A stretch of DNA of 64,000 nucleotides from Thermococcus sp. JdFR-02 (GCA_002009975.1 MTLP01000007.1:64001-128000), one strand, 5' to 3'. Numbered from the stretch's first letter, positions 19,578 through 30,034 are shown. Translations and numbers: made by a program. Notes: generated by a model not told the origin, from the sequence alone.

Positions 19578-20183
19578 ATGCGCGCTTACATTTTGGCATT
19601 TAAAGAGAGGGCATTTGATAACTATCTCTTGATGATAAATGATGAACCAATAGTTAAAATAGTTGAAGAAAGGCTTTTGATGTGTAAAAGAATTGATGAG
19701 GTTTTCACGATTGTTAGAAAAGATCAGCTGAAACGCTTTTCACTTCATGTTTCAAATCCAATAGGTGTTAAAGCAAAAAACAAAATTGAGGCTTTATATA
19801 AGTTTCTTCCCTCTTCAGGCGAAATATTTTTGATTGAAGGGAACATGCCTTTAGTGATGCCCTTCTTGGTAAACTACCTCTCAACACTCTTTTTAGATAA
19901 TGAAAGCGAAGCACTAATACCTTCTTGGAGCGATAAAACACTTGAAGTAACTCACGCTTTTTATGAAGCAAAGCCCTTAAAGAAAGCATTGGAAACCTGT
20001 TTAGCTGAAAATGAGAAAAAGCTTGGCTGTATGGCGAAGCATTTAGATTATGAAACGATTAGCATTAAAAAGTTAAGCAAAAGAAATGTTAAGGTAACTT
20101 TGAGCTTCTTTAAAGTTAGAAACTCCTTTGATTTGAGGTTTGCTGAGGAAACATTGAAAAAATTAGAAAAGGAGAGTAGTTAG
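19578..20183 (+). CDS. MobA-like NTP transferase family protein
   Basis: Degenerate EGNMPLV, ALIPSW...LEVTHAFY, SFFKVRN pattern. Confidence 0.6.
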   Translation: MRAYILAFKERAFDNYLLMINDEPIVKIVEERLLMCKRIDEVFTIVRKDQLKRFSLHVSNPIGVKAKNKIEALYKFLPSSGEIFLIEGNMPLVMPFLVNYLSTLFLDNESEALIPSWSDKTLEVTHAFYEAKPLKKALETCLAENEKKLGCMAKHLDYETISIKKLSKRNVKVTLSFFKVRNSFDLRFAEETLKKLEKESS

Positions 20184-20695
20184 ATCTTTACAGCCTTCTT
20201 AACTTTGTCCCCTATCACAACGGCAAGGAAGGCTTTAATGACATCAAACACTACGAAAGGAGCAACACCCAGTTTAAATGCCTTTACAAAGTCTCCACCC
20301 ATATAAAAACCAAGTCTAAGCCAGCCGAGGAGGTAAATTACCGTTAAGCCCAGCAAGCATGCAGTCAAATGCCACACTAAGCCTTCTCTTTTCTCGGCAA
20401 TGAAGCCTATTAAAAATGCCGCTATTGGAAATGCTATAATATATCCCCCAGTTGGACCGTAAATATGGACAAAACCTCCACTAAACCTTGCAAACACTGG
20501 GAGTCCTATAGCACCCATAAGTACATATATGAATTGACTTAAAAAGCCTAGTCTTGCTCCTAAAATCAGAGCACTCAGGAATATGACTAAAACCTGAAGT
20601 GTAAATGGTACTGGACCTAATGGAATGGCTATTTGAGCACCTACTGCTGTTAAGGCGGCAAATAAAGCTGAGAATGCTACATCTCGAGCCTTCAT
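20180..20695 (-). CDS. bioY: Biotin ECF S component BioY
   Basis: PVPFTLQ, GLPVFA, GPTGGY. Confidence 0.93.
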   Translation of the reverse strand: MKARDVAFSALFAALTAVGAQIAIPLGPVPFTLQVLVIFLSALILGARLGFLSQFIYVLMGAIGLPVFARFSGGFVHIYGPTGGYIIAFPIAAFLIGFIAEKREGLVWHLTACLLGLTVIYLLGWLRLGFYMGGDFVKAFKLGVAPFVVFDVIKAFLAVVIGDKVKKAVKI

Positions 20696-20718
20696 TTTAT
20701 CACCTCAAAGTTAGAGCA

Positions 20719-20751
20719 TTCGTTAACTTTAAAAATTTTATGGTTAACAAT
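20719..20751. promoter_or_regulatory. BirA operator in the divergent bioY/bioB spacer
   Basis: TTCGTTAAC-N15-GTTAACAAT, matching the established TGTTAAC-N14/16-GTTAACA BirA consensus; the spacer holds TATA-like TTTAAAAA. Confidence 0.8.
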
Positions 20752-20766
20752 ATTTAGTGCTAGGTC

Positions 20767-21741
20767 ATGAGAGAGAAGATACACAAGCTTGCGGATAAGG
20801 TCATGAATCATGAAACATTAAACCCTGATGAGAAAAGGTTTCTCTTTAGTGTTCCCAATGAGTACATACTTGACCTAATAAGCGCTGCTTATAAAATAAA
20901 GCTTAAATTTCGTGGGCAAAGAATCTCGACTTGTAGCATAGTAAGTGCCAAAACTGGTTTTTGCTCGGAAGACTGTGCATTTTGTGCTCAATCAATTAGA
21001 AGCACCTCAAAGATTCAAAGGCATTCACTCATCCATCCAGAGGAAATTTTGGAGGCTGCAATAGATGCTGAGGAAAGCGGTGCCGAGAGGTTTAGCATAG
21101 TAACGAGTGGAAGAGGATACAGCGGCGAAGAGAAGGAATTTGAGAGAATTTTAGATGTAGTAAAGCTTATTTTAGACAACACAAATCTAAATGTGGACGT
21201 TTCATTAGGCTCACTCAGCAGAAAAGCTGTCGAAAAGCTTGCAAAAGCTGGTGTTAAAAGAATTCATCACAATATTGAAACTTCAAAAAGCTACTTTAAA
21301 AATATCGTTTCTACACACAGTTTCGATGAAAAAATTGAAACTATAAAAACAATAAAAGAGCTTGGATTGGAGGTTTGTTCGGGATTCATAATTGGAATGG
21401 GCGAGGATGTTGAAGACAGAATAGAAATAGCTGAAATTTTAAATTCGCTAAATGTTGATTCTGTTCCAATAAATATACTGATACCAATAAAGGGAACTCC
21501 TCTAGGAAATCTAGTACCCATAACGCCCCTAGAAGCTTTGAAGAACATAGCAGCATTTAGATTTCTTATGCCCGATAAAGAACTAAGACTCTGTGGTGGA
21601 AGGGTTCAAAATCTCAGAGACCTGCAGATATTAAGCTTGTTTATAGTTGATGGAATACTCATCGGTAGAAAGGCTTTGACAACAGGAATAAGAGATCCAG
21701 AATTAGATATTACAATGATAAAGGACTTGGAATTTTATTAA
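20767..21741 (+). CDS. bioB: Biotin synthase
   Basis: AKTGFCSEDCAFCAQS, HHNIET, CSGFIIGMGE, SVPINIL...GTP, LRLCGGR; bioY/birA context. Confidence 0.88.
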   Translation: MREKIHKLADKVMNHETLNPDEKRFLFSVPNEYILDLISAAYKIKLKFRGQRISTCSIVSAKTGFCSEDCAFCAQSIRSTSKIQRHSLIHPEEILEAAIDAEESGAERFSIVTSGRGYSGEEKEFERILDVVKLILDNTNLNVDVSLGSLSRKAVEKLAKAGVKRIHHNIETSKSYFKNIVSTHSFDEKIETIKTIKELGLEVCSGFIIGMGEDVEDRIEIAEILNSLNVDSVPINILIPIKGTPLGNLVPITPLEALKNIAAFRFLMPDKELRLCGGRVQNLRDLQILSLFIVDGILIGRKALTTGIRDPELDITMIKDLEFY

Positions 21742-21892
21742 CTTCTAATTCCCCTTCACGGAGGAGATTTGTTCCTCTCTTTTACATATGTAAGAAATAT
21801 AATCAGAAATCTCAAAAGTTGACATATTAACAACTAAGTTAGCATAATCAGAAGAGGAATTATTATAAAGAGCTTCTTTCTAACAGTTAGAC

Positions 21893-22300
21893 ATGTCAAT
21901 GAAAATTAGAGCTCATCATCTTCTGTGTATGCAGGGATTTCAAGGATATGGGTATAGCAAAGAATTCGTAGAGAATATGACTAACATACTTGAGAGATTA
22001 AGTTCAAATCCAGTATTGGAGATAGTCGATGAATGTGATGAAATTTGCTCTCATTGCCCATACAATATAAATGGTGAATGCAGAAAAACATCAACTTCTT
22101 CTCAGACGGTCAAAAGCATGGATATTAAAGTTTTGAGAAAGTTAAGCTTAAGAAAAGGAGATAAAATTAGAGCAAAAGATGCTCTTTCTCTTGTGAATGA
22201 AAAGCTTGATTATGCGTCTCTCCAAGAAATATGTGGTGATTGTGAATGGAAGGAAAAATGCCTGTTTTTCATAAGAAAATGCTCAAAGACAGCAAAGTAA
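21893..22300 (+). CDS. DUF1284-like Cys-rich protein
   Basis: RAHHLLCMQGFQGYGYS, DEICSHCP, ICGDCEW...C. Confidence 0.8.
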   Translation: MSMKIRAHHLLCMQGFQGYGYSKEFVENMTNILERLSSNPVLEIVDECDEICSHCPYNINGECRKTSTSSQTVKSMDIKVLRKLSLRKGDKIRAKDALSLVNEKLDYASLQEICGDCEWKEKCLFFIRKCSKTAK

Positions 22301-23064
22301 AGCGTGAACTCTTAAAGGCTCTTCATGAAAGAGAAGTGGTTTCAGGTGATGCAATAGCATCAAAGTTAAATATATCACGAGTTGCTGTGTGGAAGCATGT
22401 GAAAGAACTTATTGAGCTTGGCTACGAGATAGAATCGACACCAAAGGGCTATAAACTTTTAAAAGAACCAAACAAACCCTATCCATGGGAGCTAAATGTT
22501 AAGGCTTACTATTTCTTAAAAATTGACTCCACAATGAACGTTGCTAAAGAGCTTGCTGAAAAAGGAGAGGAAGAGTGGACTTTTATAATTGCGGAAGAGC
22601 AGACACAAGGGAGAGGAAGATTGAAACGGTCTTGGGAGTCTCAAAAAGGTGGCTTGTACTTTTCCGTAATTTTGAGACCAAAAATAAAGCTTACAGAAAT
22701 TGAAAAAATTTTAATTCCATCATCGCTTGTAGTTGCTAAAACAATTGAAGGATATGGACTAAAACCTCAAGTTGGTTCAGCTGGAGATGTTTTTATCAAT
22801 GGAAAAAAAGTTGCTGGAATATTGGTTGAGGCTGAGGGAGAACTCGACATGGTTGATTTTCTCATACTTGGAATAGGTGTTAATGTGAACAACGATGTTC
22901 CAAAAGAGCTTAACGCAACATCCCTAAAAGAAGAGTTAAGGGAAGAGATAAATCTGCTTAGGTTTTCTGAAAAGCTGTTTGAAAATCTTAAGAAAGAAGT
23001 CGAACGGTTTAAAAATAATCCCAAAGAGGTTATTGTGGAGCAAAAGAAAAGCACAAATTTTTAA
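22279..23064 (+). CDS. birA: Bifunctional biotin ligase/repressor
   Basis: N-terminal wHTH (SGDAIASKLNISRVAVWKH); STM, QTQGRGR, KVAGILVE; start placed at ATG 22279. Confidence 0.9.
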   Translation: MLKDSKVKRELLKALHEREVVSGDAIASKLNISRVAVWKHVKELIELGYEIESTPKGYKLLKEPNKPYPWELNVKAYYFLKIDSTMNVAKELAEKGEEEWTFIIAEEQTQGRGRLKRSWESQKGGLYFSVILRPKIKLTEIEKILIPSSLVVAKTIEGYGLKPQVGSAGDVFINGKKVAGILVEAEGELDMVDFLILGIGVNVNNDVPKELNATSLKEELREEINLLRFSEKLFENLKKEVERFKNNPKEVIVEQKKSTNF

Positions 23065-23088
23065 AGTCTAAACTTGAAATTCAAAGCG

Positions 23089-23877
23089 ATGATTGAGGTA
23101 AGGAACCTTTGGCATATCTATGAAGGTAGAAAAATAGCTCTGAGGGATGTTAGCTTAGCCTTTGAAAATGAGATAGTTGCGTTAGTTGGTCCAAATGGTT
23201 CTGGAAAGACAACTTTAGCAAAGCATTTGAACGGTTTGTTAAAACCTACAAAAGGTGAGGTAATTGTTGATGGGCTGAACACAAGAGAGCACAGTGTTGC
23301 AGAGCTTTCTAGGATAGTAGGTTACGTCTTCCAAAACCCAGAAAATATGTTCTTTGAGGAAAACGTTTTTAAAGAGGTTGCTTTTGGTCCAAAAAATCTT
23401 GGATTGAGCGAGGAGGAGATAGAGGAGAGGGTTAAGTGGGTTTTGAAGCAAGTAAACCTTGAAGGATATGAAGAGAGACATCCCTATGGATTAAGTGGTG
23501 GTGAAAAGCAGCGCTTAGCCATAGCCTGTATCCTTGCTATGAATCCGAAATATCTAATTTTAGACGAGCCAACAACAGGTTTAGATGAAAAAAGTGCTGA
23601 GAGTGTTAAGACTGTCATCAAAAAGCTATATAGGGAAGGACATGGAATTCTGTTAATTACCCATGAGATGGAACTTGTTTTGGAGTTAGCGGAAAGGGTT
23701 GTTTTACTTTATGAGGGACAAAAGCTTTTTGATGGTAGTGTTGGTGAGTTCTTTGCTCTAAATTTGAGAGATTACTATCTAGACAAGCCAGAAATACTGA
23801 AAATTAGTGAAAACTTAAATTTGGGTTTCATAAGAAGTGTGGGTGACTTTTTAACCAAGCTGGAGGAATTGCTATGA
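23089..23877 (+). CDS. ECF transporter ATPase
   Basis: GPNGSGKT, VFQNP, LSGGEKQR, LDEPT. Confidence 0.9.
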   Translation: MIEVRNLWHIYEGRKIALRDVSLAFENEIVALVGPNGSGKTTLAKHLNGLLKPTKGEVIVDGLNTREHSVAELSRIVGYVFQNPENMFFEENVFKEVAFGPKNLGLSEEEIEERVKWVLKQVNLEGYEERHPYGLSGGEKQRLAIACILAMNPKYLILDEPTTGLDEKSAESVKTVIKKLYREGHGILLITHEMELVLELAERVVLLYEGQKLFDGSVGEFFALNLRDYYLDKPEILKISENLNLGFIRSVGDFLTKLEELL

Positions 23878-24632
23878 TGTATAACTTCTACGTGGAGAGA
23901 GATTCGATCCTGCACCGTTTAGATCCTCGGGTTAAAATAATTGCTTCAATTCTCGGAATAGCATCCATGATTCTTTTTAACAGCCCAACGATGCTTTTCC
24001 TACTTTTTGTAAGCATCTCCCTGAGCTTAGCATTTTTAGGAAAAATAACTTTTAGAGAACAGTTAAGAGTTTTAAAGCCACTCTTTCCTTTAATGATCAT
24101 AACCATTGCAATATGGCCCTTTATATTAGAACCAGCCAGCTTCGGACTTTTCATTGGCTTTGGATATGCTTTAAGGTTAGCCTCTATGGCAATGATAACC
24201 TTTGGACTCTTAATAACAACGTCTCAAAGGGAGCTTATTTTAGGATTTATAAAGCTAAAAATGCCCTATGAGATTGGTTTAACACTAACAATCGCTTTGA
24301 GATACATTCCTACTCTCTTTGGCTTAGCTCAAAAAATAACCGATGCACAAAAATCAAGGGGATTAGAATTGGAGAAAGGTAGCTTTCTCACCAGACTCAA
24401 AAATACAATCCCAATTTTGATCCCCTTAATAATTTCGGCAATTAAAACTGCTCATGAGCTAAGCATAGCCTTAGAGAGCAGAGCATTTGGAGCTAATAAA
24501 AGGAGAACTTTCCTCTACACGATAAAAATGAAATCAAGGGATTATTTTGCTCTGATTGTTGTGCTTTTCTTGTTTGGCTTAGCCCTTTATCTACGCTATC
24601 AGCTTAACATTGGCTACATTAAGCTTTATTAG
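23874..24632 (+). CDS. ECF transporter T component
   Basis: LDPRVK, ALRYIP, AQKSRG, ALESRAF. Confidence 0.9.
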   Translation: MMYNFYVERDSILHRLDPRVKIIASILGIASMILFNSPTMLFLLFVSISLSLAFLGKITFREQLRVLKPLFPLMIITIAIWPFILEPASFGLFIGFGYALRLASMAMITFGLLITTSQRELILGFIKLKMPYEIGLTLTIALRYIPTLFGLAQKITDAQKSRGLELEKGSFLTRLKNTIPILIPLIISAIKTAHELSIALESRAFGANKRRTFLYTIKMKSRDYFALIVVLFLFGLALYLRYQLNIGYIKLY

Positions 24633-25282
24633 ACCATTATCAGCTTGACTTTTTTATCTATGGGAACGCTGTGCTCTCCAATGTTCTTTATAAACTTTGG
24701 TGGTGTCTTTAAGATGCTTATGTTCATTCTGTAATGTCCTCTATACCCCGAGGTTCTTAAAACGAGAAGATACTCAAAGAGTTCGGGCGTTAAGAATAAC
24801 CTCCTAAACTCAGCATTTAGATTTAGTTCGTTTATCTCCAAGGTATTGTGGGAAATGATCATGAACAACCCCTTTTTATCCACGATTTTTCTCAAGTCAA
24901 TCAGCTTTTCCTTAGCTATCCCCTCTAAAATTCCAAAGTTTGACACAAAGATGAATGAATCTTCTTCAACCAACTCTAAAGCAGAAATCAATTCATCCAA
25001 TGTATATATCTTCCCCAAGAAAATGTTATCATTAGTGGGGGAGAATTTTTCCAAAAGTTCGAAGGAAAAACCATTTGTCGGTTCCAAATGATATGCTGTC
25101 TTATTTGCATTTAGTGCATTTGAAAGGGAGGAATATTGCAAAACAGCATGAGAAATAGCATCTGTGGTTATTACACCAGCTATGCTGCTCTCTTCTATAA
25201 AACCAACTAAGGGGGAGATTTCTTCTATTAATGCAACCCCGCTCTCTTTTTTAGTAGTTGGTTTATAGAACATGACCCTCAA
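24629..25282 (-). CDS. Hypothetical protein
   Basis: 217 aa ORF filling the gap between genes; no recognised motif. Confidence 0.65.
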   Translation of the reverse strand: MRVMFYKPTTKKESGVALIEEISPLVGFIEESSIAGVITTDAISHAVLQYSSLSNALNANKTAYHLEPTNGFSFELLEKFSPTNDNIFLGKIYTLDELISALELVEEDSFIFVSNFGILEGIAKEKLIDLRKIVDKKGLFMIISHNTLEINELNLNAEFRRLFLTPELFEYLLVLRTSGYRGHYRMNISILKTPPKFIKNIGEHSVPIDKKVKLIMV

Positions 25283-25335
25283 AAATTATCCTCTACTTTG
25301 GGATATTTATACTTTACCGAAAATAAAACTGAAAG

Positions 25336-25710
25336 TCAAAGGGCAGCTATTAAGGAAAGTCCAACGATTATACCCACGATTATCATTAGCACGAATGCTA
25401 CTACTATTGCAAAAAGCCAAGCAATCACTGCTTTTCCCCAGTTGGTATTGAAAACTGTTTTTACAACCCAAAGAAAAGCTATTAGTCCTATTAATCCTCC
25501 AATTACTGGAATTATATTACCCAATATCCCTGAAAGAAGCATGCCAACTAATGTTGCGATAAATGCTTTTCCAAAGCTTGCATCCTCGATTTTGGCGAAT
25601 CTTGCACCTATCCAGAGGAACACTGAATCTATTGCTATCATTACCAAAAATACGATAACTGCCATAGCACCTAAGGCACTCATCATTGCTCCAAACCCAT
25701 AGGGTGGCAT
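25336..25710 (-). CDS. Small membrane protein
   Basis: RBS GGTGA; about four hydrophobic helices. Confidence 0.7.
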   Translation of the reverse strand: MPPYGFGAMMSALGAMAVIVFLVMIAIDSVFLWIGARFAKIEDASFGKAFIATLVGMLLSGILGNIIPVIGGLIGLIAFLWVVKTVFNTNWGKAVIAWLFAIVVAFVLMIIVGIIVGLSLIAAL

Positions 25711-25815
25711 AGCATCACCTAAGTTCTCTCATATTTGCAAAGGCTATATAGCTTTGCCCTATGTGACAAAGGATAAAACTAATAAATGCTCCTTCACAAC
25801 TTTTGGAGGGCTTAA

Positions 25816-26640
25816 ATGGAATTGGTGGTTATAGGGCATGTTTCAATTGATCACATTAGGTTTCCAAAGAAAGAGGAAATACTTTTACCGGGAGGAGCAG
25901 CGGCAGCTGTTGCAACTTCTGCAGCTTTGAGCGGTGCAAAGGTTGGCTTAGTAACTAAAGTTGGAAGAGATTTCCCAGAGGAATGGATGGAGAAGCTAAG
26001 AACTGTTTTAGATATAAAAGGGATTCACATTCTCGAGGGAAAAACGATTAACATTTACATGATTTATCACGAAGATGGCACGGTTGATGCTCCAGTTGAT
26101 ATGGGTGTGGCTCAAAAGATGGGGGAAACAGAGATCCCAGAGGAATATTTGAATGCAAAGATGTTTCATATTGCCCCAATTCCACCAGAAGAGCAATTAA
26201 AATTAGTTAAGCGTTTAAAGGGGAAAAGAATAAGCATCGATTTTAATCCAACTTATATGGAAGATTACAAAACTAAAAAAGAGCTTCTGAGAGAAATAAT
26301 ATCAAAAGTTGAAGTTGCTTTCCCAAATGAGAGGGAAGCTTTGACAATAACTGGAAAGCGAAACTTAGAAGATGCGGCAAGAGAACTTCACAAGTGGGGA
26401 GCTAAGCTTATCATAATAACTCGTGGAGAAAAAGGAGTTCTCGTTTATGATGGGGAAAAGTTTGAGCACTTCAATTCCTTGCCTATAGATGAGATAGTTG
26501 ATCCAACTGGAGCTGGGGATGCATTTGCGGGTGGATTTTTAGCATATTACGTTAAAAATAAGCCATTAAAGGAATGCATAACTCAGGGGCTTTTTAGAGC
26601 TAAAGAAGTCTTGAGGAAATGGGGAAGCTGGAGCGTTTAG
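25816..26640 (+). CDS. PfkB/ribokinase family kinase (possibly nucleoside kinase)
   Basis: PGGAA, NERE, DPTGAGDAFAGG. Confidence 0.9.
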   Translation: MELVVIGHVSIDHIRFPKKEEILLPGGAAAAVATSAALSGAKVGLVTKVGRDFPEEWMEKLRTVLDIKGIHILEGKTINIYMIYHEDGTVDAPVDMGVAQKMGETEIPEEYLNAKMFHIAPIPPEEQLKLVKRLKGKRISIDFNPTYMEDYKTKKELLREIISKVEVAFPNEREALTITGKRNLEDAARELHKWGAKLIIITRGEKGVLVYDGEKFEHFNSLPIDEIVDPTGAGDAFAGGFLAYYVKNKPLKECITQGLFRAKEVLRKWGSWSV

Positions 26641-26737
26641 CTTTTCTCTATTTTTACGCTAAGGAAAATTTGAAAGTTGCTCGTTTAGAAGAATGTAACA
26701 AAAAAGCTTTTAAAATTCGCCTTCAGATGTTCTAAAC

Positions 26738-27523
26738 ATGTCCGTAATTGATTCAATCAGAGAATTTTTGTGGGAATACTTCATAAGACCCATGTACACG
26801 AGAGAAGGTTATAATGCTTACAATACTCTTGTCTATGGCTTCCTCTTAGGTGTTGGCATAATCTACTCCTATAAAATTGTTGAAAGGCTTAAAATTAAAA
26901 TCGATGAAAGGCTCATCTATTCGGTTGCTCCTATGATAGTTTTTGGCTCAACAACGAGGGCTTTGGTTGATGCTGGAGTTTTGCCCAAAAATCCTCTAAT
27001 TTTAACTCCCGGAATATTTTTCACAGCATTTTTCCTAATACTCCCTGCTTTAGTCATCGATTCAAAAACAAAGAAATATCCCAAAATAACGGTTGCTTGG
27101 GGTTCCTTGCTAAGTCTAATAGCTCTTTATTTATTTGTAACCAATGTTGAATATCCAAAAGCCCTTTATCTGACAATAATATACACTCTAATCTTTTCAA
27201 TTCCCTTACTTCCATTCTACAAGAAAATTGATAGGATATTTTTCTATGCTCTCTTAGCTCACATGCTCGATATTGCTTCGACTTTGGTTGCAATTGTTTA
27301 TCTTGGCTACTATGAAGTGCATTGGATTGAAGGCTGGCTTTCAAAAACTTTTGACCCTTTTGTCCTCTATCCTTGGAAATTGTTCATCTTGGCAGTTATT
27401 TATTATGGCTTAAAGTATTTAGTACCTAATGAAGAAGAGAGGAGATTTTGGTACGTTGCAGTGTTTATCTTGGGCTTTGCTCCCGGAGTTAGAGATACCG
27501 TGCAAATGGTTTTAATGGGTTGA
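26738..27523 (+). CDS. DUF63-like membrane protein
   Basis: GYNAYNTLVYG, RALVDAG, LILTPGI, AHMLD, LGFAPGVRD. Confidence 0.8.
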   Translation: MSVIDSIREFLWEYFIRPMYTREGYNAYNTLVYGFLLGVGIIYSYKIVERLKIKIDERLIYSVAPMIVFGSTTRALVDAGVLPKNPLILTPGIFFTAFFLILPALVIDSKTKKYPKITVAWGSLLSLIALYLFVTNVEYPKALYLTIIYTLIFSIPLLPFYKKIDRIFFYALLAHMLDIASTLVAIVYLGYYEVHWIEGWLSKTFDPFVLYPWKLFILAVIYYGLKYLVPNEEERRFWYVAVFILGFAPGVRDTVQMVLMG

Positions 27524-30034
27524 GTTTTTAATTCTTCTTCCCTCTTCAAGCTCCCTCTTCAAAATCTTGGCGTTTTCTTCAACATCTCTTAATCTAAAGA
27601 CCTTTGCAATTCTCTCTATAGCTTCAAGCTTCCTTATTATCCCATCAAGCCAAGTGAAAACGTCTCCGGGATAGAGGATTAAAGAATACTGCCTTCTAAA
27701 GTACTCGGCAATTTGTGTTGGATGTTTGCCATTCCTTCTAAGCTCAATTATGAGTTTGCTCACTCTTTCCATTGCATATTCTGTGCATTCTTTTTCTTCA
27801 CACATGAAAAAGTCCTGATAAATTAGGAAAAGCTTATCTTGAATGTTTGCACTAACTTCTGGCAAAACTTTATCCAGCTCATCTAAAATTGAGGCAAAGC
27901 TTGGTGAGAAGATATTACTCGAGAGCTTCCCCCTAACGGCACTCTCTAATTCTCTCTGCAAAACACCTGTTAAGAAAACGTTTTCAAATGGCAACAGTTT
28001 TATGGCTATCTCCTCAACCTTCCTCTTTCTTAGGTTCTCTCTAATAAACTGGGCTTCATTTGGGAGTAAAAAGCTCATAGACACAGCTCTTCCATAGGGA
28101 GTGACATTAATTAGCTTTCCTCTTAAACGAACGAAATCGAATTCCTCAAGCTTCTTCAAAACTGCTTCAGCGTTTTGGTTTGCACCTAGGCATTTGCTCT
28201 GCAGTTCTTCCACATCATCTAAGTGAGAGAACAAACAGCTATGGGCTAAAACTTGGTCTTGCTCAAGCTCATCACTCCATTCCACAATAACAGGCTCAAT
28301 TGGTGAACTTAATAGTTTAAAGGCTATTTCATCTTCACTTTGCTCCATTTGAGCCGAATATTTCTTACCTGGCTCAACTATGAGGTAAACTTTCCCTTTC
28401 TCATGAAATGTAGGCCTTCCAGCTCTTCCAAGCATTTGGTAGAACTCTCTAACGCTAAGCCACTTATTTCCCATTGCCAAGCTTTCAAAGATGACTTGAG
28501 ACGCAGGAAAATCAACACCAGCTCCTAAAGCTGCTGTAGTTACTACCACATCAAGCATTTGAGCTTGAAACTCCATTTCAGTTATCTTTCTTTGTGCGTA
28601 AGGTAAACCGCTGTGGTATGGCTTAGCTTTAAGTCCTCTACTTGTCAAAAAGGCTGAAAGCTCATGACAACGCTTCCTTGAAAAAGTGAAAACAATACTT
28701 TGTCCTTTAAACCCTTGAGGTGATTTCCTAAGGCTTTCCGCTTTACAAAGCTCCGCTATATAACGCCATTTATCGCTCTCGTTTCTTGCAATAATTATAT
28801 GCCTCTCTAAAGCTACAGGTCTTTCATCGTAGGGGACTAACTTAAGGTTAAGCTCTTTTGCAAGATCTTGAGGGTTTCCAATCGTTGCACTTAAGCCTAT
28901 GAACTGGGCTCTCGGATAGAGTTTTCTCAATCTTGCGATTAATCCATCTAAGCGAGGTCCCCTCTCTTCGTCATCAACCATATGAATTTCATCAATAACT
29001 ATTGTTCCAATTTTTCCCAATTTTCGCCCAGCCCTTAAAAGGAAATCAACACCTTCGTAAGTTCCAACGATTATTTCAGCATCTATTCCAGTATCAACAA
29101 CTACAAGCTCATCTCTCGTCTTAATTCTGCTCATCCCAACTCTAATGGCAACTCTTAATCCAAGCTTGCTATAGCGACGCTTAAAGTCTTCATACTTTTG
29201 ATTAGCTAAAGCAACAAGAGGAACTAAAAAGAGCATTTTTTCTCCTTTTAAAGCTCTTGGAATTCCTGCTAATTCACCAATGAGGGTTTTTCCACTTGCC
29301 GTTGCAGAGACTATTAAAAGGTTCTCCCCATCTAAAAGCCCATTTTGGATTGCTAAACTTTGAACTGGTAAAAGCTCATTGATTCCTTCTTCTTTCAAAA
29401 CCTCTTTAAATTTCTCTGGAATGTTGATTTCATCAATGCTGAGTCTTTTAATTTTCAAGCGCTTTGGCTTAAGCTCATCCCATTTTGTTATTTCTGGATT
29501 TTTTATGGGGTCAAAGCGGGGATCAAAAACGGCCAAAACTTTATCTAAATCTTTAAATCGGTTCAAAAGTTTTTTTGCTTGGTCAAACATTGCTATGCTT
29601 CTAAATCTAAAGCGGAGCTCATTTTTTAGCTCTTCCTCAGCACAGCTTTGGCAGATATATTCTCTATGAAACCTTATTTTATTCCCTTCTGTTAGGACTG
29701 TGATATGACCATTTAAGAGGCAAAACCTGCAAAGATTCGCCTTCTCAACTTGCTTATTTTGGAGTCTCTCTTTAAAATAGCGCTCTATTTCATCATCAAC
29801 TTCCACTAAAACAATTCTCGCTTTTTTTAAAGCCTTTTCAATCTCCTTTGGATTTTTATACTCACTCTTCTCAAGAACTTTAAATAACCTATTCTCTCGC
29901 ATTATAAAGCGATAAATCTTATCTGCTTTTAACTTTTGCATTTGAGACAGCTTTTCAGGTTCTTTTTCAATGTAATACGCTTCAAGTTCATTTTTCTTTC
30001 TGCCCTTTCTCACCACAAAAAGCATTTCTCTCAC
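27512..30034 (-). CDS. Archaea-specific Ski2-like DEAD/DEAH helicase (ASH-Ski2)
   Basis: N-terminal CRFC...CQSC; ATASGKT, DEIH, SAT, QMLGRAGR. Confidence 0.88.
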   Translation of the reverse strand: MREMLFVVRKGRKKNELEAYYIEKEPEKLSQMQKLKADKIYRFIMRENRLFKVLEKSEYKNPKEIEKALKKARIVLVEVDDEIERYFKERLQNKQVEKANLCRFCLLNGHITVLTEGNKIRFHREYICQSCAEEELKNELRFRFRSIAMFDQAKKLLNRFKDLDKVLAVFDPRFDPIKNPEITKWDELKPKRLKIKRLSIDEINIPEKFKEVLKEEGINELLPVQSLAIQNGLLDGENLLIVSATASGKTLIGELAGIPRALKGEKMLFLVPLVALANQKYEDFKRRYSKLGLRVAIRVGMSRIKTRDELVVVDTGIDAEIIVGTYEGVDFLLRAGRKLGKIGTIVIDEIHMVDDEERGPRLDGLIARLRKLYPRAQFIGLSATIGNPQDLAKELNLKLVPYDERPVALERHIIIARNESDKWRYIAELCKAESLRKSPQGFKGQSIVFTFSRKRCHELSAFLTSRGLKAKPYHSGLPYAQRKITEMEFQAQMLDVVVTTAALGAGVDFPASQVIFESLAMGNKWLSVREFYQMLGRAGRPTFHEKGKVYLIVEPGKKYSAQMEQSEDEIAFKLLSSPIEPVIVEWSDELEQDQVLAHSCLFSHLDDVEELQSKCLGANQNAEAVLKKLEEFDFVRLRGKLINVTPYGRAVSMSFLLPNEAQFIRENLRKRKVEEIAIKLLPFENVFLTGVLQRELESAVRGKLSSNIFSPSFASILDELDKVLPEVSANIQDKLFLIYQDFFMCEEKECTEYAMERVSKLIIELRRNGKHPTQIAEYFRRQYSLILYPGDVFTWLDGIIRKLEAIERIAKVFRLRDVEENAKILKRELEEGRRIKNSTH

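Noticed and set aside
21782-21853. Palindrome TTACATATGTAA and direct repeat ATAATCAGAA after bioB
   Set aside because: Short and AT-rich, compatible with chance, and not matching the BirA consensus.
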